From contig JAGBHF010000090.1 in assembly GCA_017935645.1 (NCBI GenBank), positions 3,387 to 67,386 of the forward strand: a DNA stretch of 64,000 bases, in the 5' to 3' direction. The position numbers and the translations under genes were made by a program. The notes below the pieces were generated by a model that was not told where the DNA came from, made no database searches, and worked only from the letters and a program-made list of their open reading frames with translations. Source of the DNA: Bacteroidaceae bacterium (GTDB lineage Bacteria > Bacteroidota > Bacteroidia > Bacteroidales > Barnesiellaceae_A). Numbering within the stretch: position 1 is the stretch's first letter; each line of letters begins with the position of its first letter. This document shows positions 17,408 to 25,000 of the stretch, piece after piece.

Positions 17408-18304
17408 CTATTTATAGCGTTCGAGAGCCGCTTGCAACTTGTTGCGCATCTCGTTACGCAACTTGGCAGGCGATACAACCTCTATTTCTCGTCCCAGCGA
17501 TAGCAACTCTTGTATGAGGTCGTAGGTGATGTACATGTTGTAAACAAAGTCGACATAGCCATCGCCCACCTCATACTCGCGTTGCGAATGGTGCAAAGGC
17601 AGGGCACGCAGGTATTGCGCCTGTCGCATTGTGGCTCGCAGACGTATTGTCTCGGGGTGCTCGTCACTTCGTATTACACCAAACGATTGTGCAAAGTAGT
17701 CGGCAGGAATGAAGTCGGCAGGAAACTCAAAGGTATCGGTCGTGAGAGACAAGTCGACAACACGGTCGAGTGCATAGGTCTTGATTTGTCGATCCTTTCG
17801 ATTGTAACCTACTACATACCAACGTTTACGGAATGCTTTCACAAAATATGGCTCCAACTCGACTTTCTGCGCCGACATCTTCCAGAAGGCGTGATATACC
17901 ATGCGTATTACTCTACCCTCTTGCATAGCCTCGGCGATAGAGGTTACATAGTCATTTCCCGAGGGGATATGTTCAGGAATAATACGATGCGCCATATCGG
18001 AGCCGTGACGCATAAGATAATTGACCGAAAGGGAGTCGAACAGCCACTTTTGCAAGTCGGAGCTTCGGTCGGGTTGCGCTTGTTCGATATAATATTCGTA
18101 GGTCGATGTGTCGCACAGGATGTTAACGTCGAAGAGTTTCTCGGCACCTTCACGATAGTTACAAAAGGTGCGTCGTGTGAGAGGATTGCCCTCCGAGAGG
18201 TCGCTCTGCAACCATAGGCGTTCAATCTCACCCCGCGTGATGCGCTTGTAACGCCACACGGTATCGAAAAACCACATATATCGTTGTATAACAATCTGCG
18301 ACAT
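17408..18304 (-). CDS. WYL domain-containing transcriptional regulator
   Basis: N-terminal wHTH-like region, central WYL motif (FRKRWYVVGYNRKDRQIKTYALDRV), C-terminal WCX-like domain. 298 aa. Confidence 0.75.
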   Translation of the reverse strand: MSQIVIQRYMWFFDTVWRYKRITRGEIERLWLQSDLSEGNPLTRRTFCNYREGAEKLFDVNILCDTSTYEYYIEQAQPDRSSDLQKWLFDSLSVNYLMRHGSDMAHRIIPEHIPSGNDYVTSIAEAMQEGRVIRMVYHAFWKMSAQKVELEPYFVKAFRKRWYVVGYNRKDRQIKTYALDRVVDLSLTTDTFEFPADFIPADYFAQSFGVIRSDEHPETIRLRATMRQAQYLRALPLHHSQREYEVGDGYVDFVYNMYITYDLIQELLSLGREIEVVSPAKLRNEMRNKLQAALERYK

Positions 18305-18307
18305 ACT

Positions 18308-19129
18308 TTATAGGATTGTTACGGGAGATTTTCGTTTCTTGAAGCATTGCGACAATACGGGTGCATAGGGCGTGTCGAGTGTGCGTGCCTTGGCAGGACA
18401 ACCCTTGACACACGCACAGCACTTGATGCAACGTGAGGTATCGGTATGTAGGTAATCACCGGTTGCAATAGCACCTGTAGGGCATAGTTTGACACACTTG
18501 CCACAAAGTTTACACTTATCGGCATCCACAACAACCTGTGGTTTTGCAACCGACTTCAGTCGGCGTTGCTTTTTTATAAAGTGAACAAATCGCAACATCG
18601 AGAAGAACGAGTTGCGAGGAGCCTTCAACGAGGCTACGTCTATGGCTTCGGCCGATGCGCTTTGAGCAACCTTGGCAGCAATGTTTTTTCCCCACGCGCG
18701 AGCATCGGCCAGGTCGTCAACATCGGGACGTCCCGTAGCAATGGGATATCGGGCAGTACTGTAAGAGTGTTCGCCAACAAAAGCTCCTGCAGCAATGGGA
18801 ATAAATCCACGTTGATGCACAAACTCGTTGAGCTGTGTGAGAGCCTCTTCATAAGCACGATTACCATACACCACAATAAGTACAATAGGGGTATTGCTAC
18901 CTCGCATGGCATCGAGACGTTGCAATGCAAGAGGAGCAACCTTTCCACCATACACAGGTACAGCTACGACAAGCAATTCGTCGGACTTATAGCACATACC
19001 GGAAGGGGTGCTATAGGTTGCATCAACAACACGATTTTCGAGCGAGAGGCTGTCGGCAACAGCCATTGCCACCTTGCGCGATGTGCCGGTGGGCGAAAAC
19101 AATACGGTAGTAACAGTCGTTATATTCAT
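18308..19129 (-). CDS. Flavodoxin-like / 2x[4Fe-4S] ferredoxin fusion protein (EFR1-type)
   Basis: N-terminal flavodoxin-like fold ([13 protein letters not shown]...VVAVPVYGG). C-terminal [12 protein letters not shown] and [12 protein letters not shown] cluster motifs. Confidence 0.7.
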   Translation of the reverse strand: MNITTVTTVLFSPTGTSRKVAMAVADSLSLENRVVDATYSTPSGMCYKSDELLVVAVPVYGGKVAPLALQRLDAMRGSNTPIVLIVVYGNRAYEEALTQLNEFVHQRGFIPIAAGAFVGEHSYSTARYPIATGRPDVDDLADARAWGKNIAAKVAQSASAEAIDVASLKAPRNSFFSMLRFVHFIKKQRRLKSVAKPQVVVDADKCKLCGKCVKLCPTGAIATGDYLHTDTSRCIKCCACVKGCPAKARTLDTPYAPVLSQCFKKRKSPVTIL

Positions 19130-19133
19130 AGTA

Positions 19134-19141
19134 CAAAAGTA
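19134..19141 (-). promoter_or_regulatory. -7 box TACTTTTG placed 4 nt from the ferredoxin-gene ATG (leaderless geometry)
   Basis: The minus strand reads TACTTTTG-TACT-ATG. Confidence 0.45.
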
Positions 19142-19317
19142 GTAAATAGCCCGTCGAGAACAAAAAAGTATGCTTGTTTTTTTGCATTACAGGCAAGTTC
19201 TACAACTGATGTGCAATTTGCAAACTGCACTTTGCAAACCATGCTTAGATTTAAAAATTTTAGCATCTATTCAGGAAAAAATTATTTAATAAACCGTTTT
19301 CTTGCAGAAAAAAGCAC

Positions 19318-19325
19318 TACTTTTG
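19318..19325 (+). promoter_or_regulatory. -7 promoter box TACTTTTG for pckA
   Basis: Exact TAnnTTTG match, 71 nt upstream of ATG 19397. Confidence 0.5.
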
Positions 19326-19396
19326 CAATGCTTGAAAAAAGAGCACATAACAAGGTAAGAAAGATTAGTTTAACCAACCAAAAAGATTTATTAGAA

Positions 19397-21004
19397 ATGG
19401 CAACATTAGACTTGACAAAGTACGGTATTAACGGAACAACCGAAATACTGCACAACCCCTCTTATGACCAACTCTTTGCCGAGGAGACTCTTCCTGGTCT
19501 TGAAGGCTATGAAGTAGGTCAAGTAACAGAATTGGGTGCTGTAAACGTAATGACAGGTATCTACACCGGTCGTTCGCCCAAAGATAAATTTTTCGTGTAT
19601 GATGAGGTTTCTAAAAACACTGTTTGGTGGACCTCTGAAGAATATAAGAACGATAACAAACCCGTTTCGCAAGAGACTTGGTCGGCATTGAAAGACCTCG
19701 CCATCAGCGAGTTGTCTAACAAGAAACTCTACGTTGTAGATACTTTCTGCGGTGCTAACGAAAACTCTCGTCTCAAAGTTCGCTTCATCGTTGAGGTTGC
19801 ATGGCAAGCTCACTTTGTAACCAACATGTTCATCCGCCCCACAGCCGAGGAATTGGCTAACTATGGCGAGCCCGACTTCGTTGTTTACAACGCCTCTAAA
19901 GCTAAAGTTGAGAACTGGAAAGAGTTGGGTCTTAATAGCGAGACTGCTGTTGTATTCAACCTCACCAGCAAAGAGCAAGTTATCATCAACACATGGTATG
20001 GTGGTGAGATGAAGAAGGGTATGTTCTCTATCATGAACTACCTCCTTCCCTTGCGTGGCATGGCTTCAATGCACTGCTCGGCCAATACCGACATGAACAA
20101 CGAGAACACAGCTATCTTCTTTGGCCTCTCGGGTACAGGTAAGACAACTCTCTCTACCGACCCCAAACGTCTCCTTATCGGTGACGACGAGCACGGTTGG
20201 GATGACGAGGGTGTATTCAACTTCGAGGGTGGTTGCTATGCAAAGGTTATCAACCTTTCAAAAGAGAACGAGCCCGACATCTACAACGCTATCAAACGCG
20301 ACGCTCTCCTCGAGAACGTAACTGTTGATGCCAATGGTAAAATCGACTTCAGCGACAAGTCGGTTACTGAGAACACTCGTGTATCATATCCTATCTTCCA
20401 CATCAACAACATTGTACGTCCCCAATCAAAAGGTCCCGCTGCTAAGAGTGTAATCTTCCTCTCGGCCGATGCCTTTGGTGTATTGCCTCCCGTTTCTATC
20501 TTGAACGCAGAGCAAACCAAGTACTACTTCCTCTCGGGCTTCACTGCTAAGTTGGCCGGTACAGAGCGTGGTATTACTGAGCCTACTCCCACATTCTCAG
20601 CTTGTTTCGGTGCTGCATTCTTGTCATTGCACCCCACCAAATATGCCGAGGAATTGGTTAAGAAAATGGAAAAATCGGGCGCTAAGGCATACCTCGTAAA
20701 TACAGGTTGGAATGGTACCGGTAAACGTATCTCTATCCGCGATACTCGTGGTATTATCGATGCTATCCTCGATGGCTCTATCGATAAAGCTCCCACTAAA
20801 CAAATTCCTTTCTTCTCATTCACTGTACCCACAGAGTTGCCCGGTGTTGACCCCGCAATCCTCGATCCTCGCGACACTTATGCTTGCGCTTGCGAGTGGG
20901 AAGAGAAAGCCAAAGACCTCGCAGGTCGCTTCATCAAGAACTTCAACAAGTTCACAGGTAACGAAGCCGGTAAAGCACTCGTGGCTGCAGGTCCCCAACT
21001 CTAA
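19397..21004 (+). CDS. pckA: Phosphoenolpyruvate carboxykinase (ATP)
   Basis: [11 protein letters not shown]...TGRSPKDKF..., kinase-1a [21 protein letters not shown]. 535 aa. Track ORF 18566..21004 is an artefactual 5' extension. Confidence 0.95.
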   Translation: MATLDLTKYGINGTTEILHNPSYDQLFAEETLPGLEGYEVGQVTELGAVNVMTGIYTGRSPKDKFFVYDEVSKNTVWWTSEEYKNDNKPVSQETWSALKDLAISELSNKKLYVVDTFCGANENSRLKVRFIVEVAWQAHFVTNMFIRPTAEELANYGEPDFVVYNASKAKVENWKELGLNSETAVVFNLTSKEQVIINTWYGGEMKKGMFSIMNYLLPLRGMASMHCSANTDMNNENTAIFFGLSGTGKTTLSTDPKRLLIGDDEHGWDDEGVFNFEGGCYAKVINLSKENEPDIYNAIKRDALLENVTVDANGKIDFSDKSVTENTRVSYPIFHINNIVRPQSKGPAAKSVIFLSADAFGVLPPVSILNAEQTKYYFLSGFTAKLAGTERGITEPTPTFSACFGAAFLSLHPTKYAEELVKKMEKSGAKAYLVNTGWNGTGKRISIRDTRGIIDAILDGSIDKAPTKQIPFFSFTVPTELPGVDPAILDPRDTYACACEWEEKAKDLAGRFIKNFNKFTGNEAGKALVAAGPQL

Positions 21005-21032
21005 TAGAGAAAAGTTATACTCTATACATCGA

Positions 21033-21067
21033 ACAGACCGTGCCGTTGGCACGGTCTGTTTTTTTAT
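21033..21067 (+). terminator. Rho-independent terminator after pckA
   Basis: ACAGACCGTGCC / GGCACGGTCTGT stem followed by T7. Confidence 0.8.
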
Positions 21068-21174
21068 TCACCTGTAGCACAAATAATTATTGTATCCGAC
21101 AATTCCTCAATATTAACAGCCTATGCCATGAATTTGCCTGCCCTACTCACACTCATGATATTTTCTCGCACATC

Positions 21175-21225
21175 TTGTTAACAAATCAAAATTACCCCCC
21201 CGATTGTTAATATTTATTAACAATC
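21175..21225 (+). promoter_or_regulatory. Operator-like palindromes (TTGTTAACAA and GATTGTTAATA-TT-TATTAACAATC) flanking a C7 tract, upstream of the T9SS cargo gene
   Basis: 10-bp perfect palindrome at 21175-21184. 24-bp palindrome at 21202-21225 (11-bp perfect arms). C7 homopolymer at 21195-21201. Confidence 0.4.
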
Positions 21226-21298
21226 ACATTATACTATTGACTTTCTCACAATGTTTCAATAAACTTGTAAAAAAAATCAACCCTTAATGTTTTATATC

Positions 21299-23422
21299 AT
21301 GAAACGAATTTTATTTTTATTATCAGTCCTGTTGGCTCTATCGGCATACGCCGAGCATGAGTATATACCCTTTGTAGAGGACGGGAAAGTGTGGGTGGAC
21401 TATAACTATCAAGGTAAGCACAACCAACTTGGTATAAATGGAACTACTACAATAGACCAGAAGGAGTACTACAAGCTATATATAGAAAGTTTCAGTGAAT
21501 ATGGTGGCACACAAACGCCAACCGACCACTCGCAACTGCATGGATATATTCGAGAAGAGAACAAACGGGTATATAGGCGAAGTATCAATGATGAACAAGA
21601 GCACTTGATATACGACTTCGGAGCACAAGTGGGCGATACAATAGAATGGGATACCATAACATACACTTGGAGCGAAGATACTATCAAACGCTATATTGTG
21701 GTAGATAGCATCAAGACAACATTGTATTATGGTAAAGAGCGGAATGTATATTACGTAACCTGCATCGAAAGAGAATTTGATAAAAACGGTGTAGAAAACT
21801 TCGAACATGGAGGCCCAATCTATTTCTATGATGAGTGGATTGAGGGTGTAGGAACACTCCGGCAACCCAGTCTTGACGACTCATTCAGATGGGGCGCCAC
21901 CGGCATGATATACTTTGAGTACTGCTACGACTATAACACTCAAGAAATATTCCCTACAAATAAAACACCGAGAGCCGAATTTTCATATCCCGGTGAGAAG
22001 TATATCCCATGCCTACAAGAAGGTAATGCTTGGGTATTCGAAAACACCCCTCCGGGCCTATTGGTACAACGCCACATCGGCAGTACAAAGGTTATAGATG
22101 GCGTAGAATATCACGTACTTTACAAAACAATCTTCTACCCCCAATCGTGGAGCGCAGGTGAGCCTATCGAGGCCGGCTATATGCGCGAGGAAAACGGCAA
22201 GGTATACATGGGCGCCGGGGAGAAAGAAAAACTCATTATCGACTTCACCTTGCAAAAGGGCGATACCGCCTATTGGGATACCGATAAACATGTGTACATC
22301 AAGGACGTATCGTACTCCGTGATAGCCGAAAAAGAGCGCAAGGTAATGCAAGTAGAGACCCGCGGATTGGGTCCGGAAGGCGAAACAACAAACAACGAAA
22401 CTTGGATAGAAGGTATAGGCACAACACACAACATCTTTGATGCCGAGTCATACAGATGGTATGACTTTTCGGGTCTCTACACTCGGTTTAAGTATTTCTA
22501 TAACTATCCTACGCAGACTTGCTACCCCGAGAATGCCGAGCAATTCGATTTCGGCACACAATCGAAGTATGAGTATATCCCATTCCTTCAAGAGGGTAAT
22601 GCGTGGGTGCAAGAAAGTATTGAAAGTGATTATGGTCGCAATATGATAACAGACACTGTTACGATTGACGGAAAAGAATACTGTGTTTTATCATTTAGGG
22701 CATTAAATATATACGAAAGCATAATTTGGGATTCGCATTATAAAACCTACCTACGCGAAGAAGGGAAAAAAGTATACAGATACCATTATGATGAAAGTTT
22801 TGTACCGACATGGAATAATACCGAACACCTTTTCTTCGACTTTGGAGCACAAGCGGGTGATAGCATTGTAGTTGCCGATTGGGAAGAATACAAACTAACC
22901 CTTGTTATAGACAGCGTTTGCCAAAAAGTATTGGACAACAAAGAAAGAGATGTGTTCTATGTTAGCTACATGAAATTATATAAGGAAAGAGAAGAAACTT
23001 ACATAGAAAACCACGATGTATGGATTGAAGGTATAGGACCTACCCAAACAGCTACATTCGACGAAATGGTATGTAAATGGGGATTAGCATGCGGCGCTTC
23101 ATTATTCTACTGCTACCACAATTACAACACCGGGTATACATACCCCGAGGATAAAACTATGATAGACTTCAGTGCCGTACATGCCACACCGGCCGATGCA
23201 AACACACTTACTTTACATCGCAATGGCAATGCGTTGATGGCGGTATTCCCCACAGCATCGGCAGGCGATTCTATCACGCTCTACGACACAACAGGCCGAG
23301 TGGTAGCAACACAAGCCGTGCAACAAGGTGCTACAACTGCTACGATAGATATAACAGCACTCCCCGCAGGCGTATACATCGCCCGCCTCAACAGTGGAGC
23401 AACCGCCAAGGTGGTGCTGTAG
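21299..23422 (+). CDS. Secreted T9SS cargo protein made of three ~210-aa tandem repeats plus a C-terminal sorting domain
   Basis: Signal peptide MKRILFLLSVLLALSAYA. The repeats begin EYIPFVEDGKVWV / KYIPCLQEGNAWV / EYIPFLQEGNAWV, and each contains WIEG(V/I)G(T/P). The C-terminal ~70 aa (ITLYDTTGRVV...LPAGVYIARL...AKVVL) matches the T9SS type-A CTD pattern. Confidence 0.75.
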   Translation: MKRILFLLSVLLALSAYAEHEYIPFVEDGKVWVDYNYQGKHNQLGINGTTTIDQKEYYKLYIESFSEYGGTQTPTDHSQLHGYIREENKRVYRRSINDEQEHLIYDFGAQVGDTIEWDTITYTWSEDTIKRYIVVDSIKTTLYYGKERNVYYVTCIEREFDKNGVENFEHGGPIYFYDEWIEGVGTLRQPSLDDSFRWGATGMIYFEYCYDYNTQEIFPTNKTPRAEFSYPGEKYIPCLQEGNAWVFENTPPGLLVQRHIGSTKVIDGVEYHVLYKTIFYPQSWSAGEPIEAGYMREENGKVYMGAGEKEKLIIDFTLQKGDTAYWDTDKHVYIKDVSYSVIAEKERKVMQVETRGLGPEGETTNNETWIEGIGTTHNIFDAESYRWYDFSGLYTRFKYFYNYPTQTCYPENAEQFDFGTQSKYEYIPFLQEGNAWVQESIESDYGRNMITDTVTIDGKEYCVLSFRALNIYESIIWDSHYKTYLREEGKKVYRYHYDESFVPTWNNTEHLFFDFGAQAGDSIVVADWEEYKLTLVIDSVCQKVLDNKERDVFYVSYMKLYKEREETYIENHDVWIEGIGPTQTATFDEMVCKWGLACGASLFYCYHNYNTGYTYPEDKTMIDFSAVHATPADANTLTLHRNGNALMAVFPTASAGDSITLYDTTGRVVATQAVQQGATTATIDITALPAGVYIARLNSGATAKVVL

Positions 23423-23449
23423 TGAAGAAAATACCTTTAAACACAAACA

Positions 23450-23484
23450 TTGCCCCACAGAATATTTCCGTGGGGCAATTTTCA
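23450..23484 (+). terminator. Rho-independent terminator after the T9SS cargo gene
   Basis: TTGCCCCAC / GTGGGGCAA stem followed by TTTTC. Confidence 0.6.
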
Positions 23485-23496
23485 TATCTCGCAAGG

Positions 23497-23566
23497 TAAT
23501 CTTTTCTCCCCATGTGTTTTCCGCACGGAAAATATAGGGGGAGTGGCTGCAAGCCGAGGGGGTTGG
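23497..23566 (+). repeat. Intergenic structured repeat unit A, copy 1 (70 bp)
   Basis: TAATCTTTTCTCCCCATGTGTTTTCCGCACGGAAAATATAGGGGGAGTGGCTGCAAGCCGAGGGGGTTGG. It contains nested stems CTCCCC/GGGGAG, TTTTCCG/CGGAAAA and GGCT/AGCC. Confidence 0.8.
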
Positions 23567-23720
23567 TGGATGTCACCGAACATAGGGATGTCAATAAACC
23601 CCTCAGTCACTTGCGTGACAGCTCCCCTATCTCTACGAGCAGAGGAGCAAAAATATACCACCCGACACACAAAGAAACATGTCCTTATGTTCTTATGTCT
23701 TAATAACAATACACACATGG

Positions 23721-23790
23721 TAACCTTTTCTCCCTCTGTGTTTTCCGCACGGAAAATATAGGGGGAGTGGCTGCAAGCCGAGGGGGTTGG
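23721..23790 (+). repeat. Intergenic structured repeat unit A, copy 2 (70 bp, about 4 mismatches to copy 1)
   Basis: TAACCTTTTCTCCCTCTGTGTTTTCCGCACGGAAAATATAGGGGGAGTGGCTGCAAGCCGAGGGGGTTGG. It is flanked by the inverted repeat TTCTTATGTCTTAA (23690-23703) / TTAAGACATAAGGA (23810-23823). Confidence 0.8.
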
Positions 23791-23820
23791 AAGAAGACAG
23801 AATATTTTTTTAAGACATAA

Positions 23821-23869
23821 GGACAGAAGAGACATATAAAAGCGTGCGAAGCACGGGTCGTAGCTCCGT
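23821..23869 (+). repeat. Intergenic repeat unit B, copy 1
   Basis: GGACAGAAGAGACATATAAAAGCGTGCGAAGCACGGGTCGTAGCTCCG followed by a GCTCC-GTAA-GGAGC hairpin. Confidence 0.7.
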
Positions 23870-23978
23870 AAGGAGCGAGAATGAATAACCCCGTACGAGC
23901 CTACGAGCGTAGCGAGTGGCGAAGTGCGGGGTATCGTCACCATCCCCGTGCAATCGTCTGAAAGACGGGAGTTTTTAT

Positions 23979-24028
23979 GGACAGAAGAGACATATAAAAA
24001 ACATGCGGAGCACAAGTCGTAGCTCCGC
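23979..24028 (+). repeat. Intergenic repeat unit B, copy 2
   Basis: GGACAGAAGAGACATATAAAAAACATGCGGAGCACAAGTCGTAGCTCCGCAT. The first 21 nt are identical to copy 1. It contains the 9-bp hairpin ATGCGGAGC/GCTCCGCAT. Confidence 0.7.
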
Positions 24029-24056
24029 ATGCAATAAAATCCCTCTATATAATCGG

Positions 24057-24833
24057 TTATCCTGCGACGTTGATATCAATACCAAGGGCTTTGACACGCT
24101 CGCCTATGGCACGCAATTCCTCAACGGGAACTTTCTCAAGCGACTGTTCGGGTGTCTTGCGGTCAATAGAGTATATCTGCACTTGACGAGGACGAATGCG
24201 CTCGATAGCACGCAACCAGTCGGCAATCTCCTCTTCGGTAGTGTTGTCTACTCGCTCGCCGTCATGCTCGCCACGGGTAAACATGGTTTGTACAATGCAT
24301 TTACCTTCGAAACGCTCTATCGCACGCACTACACGCTCGGGGTCGCAATGTCCGGCAGGGACATTCATCAGGCGCATGGTGCGAGCATGCATAGTGTCGA
24401 GTTTAAGGCAGTTGTTGTCTATCTTACACAGCGCACGAAATACGCTATCGTCTTCGAGGCGGGTAGAGTTGGTAAGTACTGTAATCTGAGCCGAAGGATA
24501 CAACTCATCACGCAAAGCTATGGTGTCATTGATAATACCCTCAAACTCGGGATGCAACGTAGGCTCGCCATTACCGGCAAAGGTAATTACATCGAGCGGA
24601 CTATCTTCGCTGCGCATCTGTGTGAGCTTGTTACGCAAAGCTGTGCGCACCTCGTCGCGAGTGTGTATCTTGCGGTCGTCACGATTATCGGCGTTGTAGC
24701 CACACTCGCAATAAATACAATCGTAGGAACACCATTTGCCATTGAGAGGCAGAAGGTTGACACCCAACGATACGCCCAAACGACGACTGCGAATGGGACC
24801 AAATATTATCTCGTGAAAAAGAACGGTAGACAT
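24057..24833 (-). CDS. Radical SAM protein (function unknown)
   Basis: CxxxCxxC cluster motif CSYDCIYC near the N-terminus, GNGEPTL SAM-binding-like motif. 258 aa. Confidence 0.75.
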   Translation of the reverse strand: MSTVLFHEIIFGPIRSRRLGVSLGVNLLPLNGKWCSYDCIYCECGYNADNRDDRKIHTRDEVRTALRNKLTQMRSEDSPLDVITFAGNGEPTLHPEFEGIINDTIALRDELYPSAQITVLTNSTRLEDDSVFRALCKIDNNCLKLDTMHARTMRLMNVPAGHCDPERVVRAIERFEGKCIVQTMFTRGEHDGERVDNTTEEEIADWLRAIERIRPRQVQIYSIDRKTPEQSLEKVPVEELRAIGERVKALGIDINVAG

Positions 24834-24857
24834 GGTTGTAAAATTTTATGTTTACAG

Positions 24858-24865
24858 CAAAGGTA
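24858..24865 (-). promoter_or_regulatory. -7 promoter box TACCTTTG for the radical SAM gene
   Basis: Exact TAnnTTTG match on the minus strand, 24 nt upstream of ATG 24833. Confidence 0.5.
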
Positions 24866-24941
24866 AGCATTTTTGAAACAATACAATGATACCCATGAGG
24901 CAAAATTAAAATATCATGTTACACGACAGTAGCATTATCTG

Positions 24942-24976
24942 AAAAAAAGGTCGAGCCACATAAAAATGACTCGACC
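24942..24976 (-). terminator. Rho-independent terminator after dcp (minus strand)
   Basis: The minus strand reads GGTCGAG...CTCGACC followed by T7. Confidence 0.6.
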
Positions 24977-25000
24977 CGAATATCGTAAGATTGATAAATC

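Noticed and set aside
18566-19396. 5' part of the 812-aa track ORF that ends as pckA
   Set aside because: The extension runs antisense through the flavodoxin/ferredoxin gene and through the pckA promoter region. It has no PEPCK similarity. The conserved PckA N-terminus begins at ATG 19397.
23482-24030. 182-aa minus-strand ORF (and + ORFs 23450..23761 and 23512..23703) covering the repeat-rich intergenic region
   Set aside because: The translation is low-complexity and is generated by the direct and inverted DNA repeats. There is no start context or promoter. The region is better explained as structured non-coding repeats.
23916-24866. 316-aa + strand ORF
   Set aside because: It is the antisense shadow of the radical SAM gene (24057..24833), which carries the real CxxxCxxC motif.
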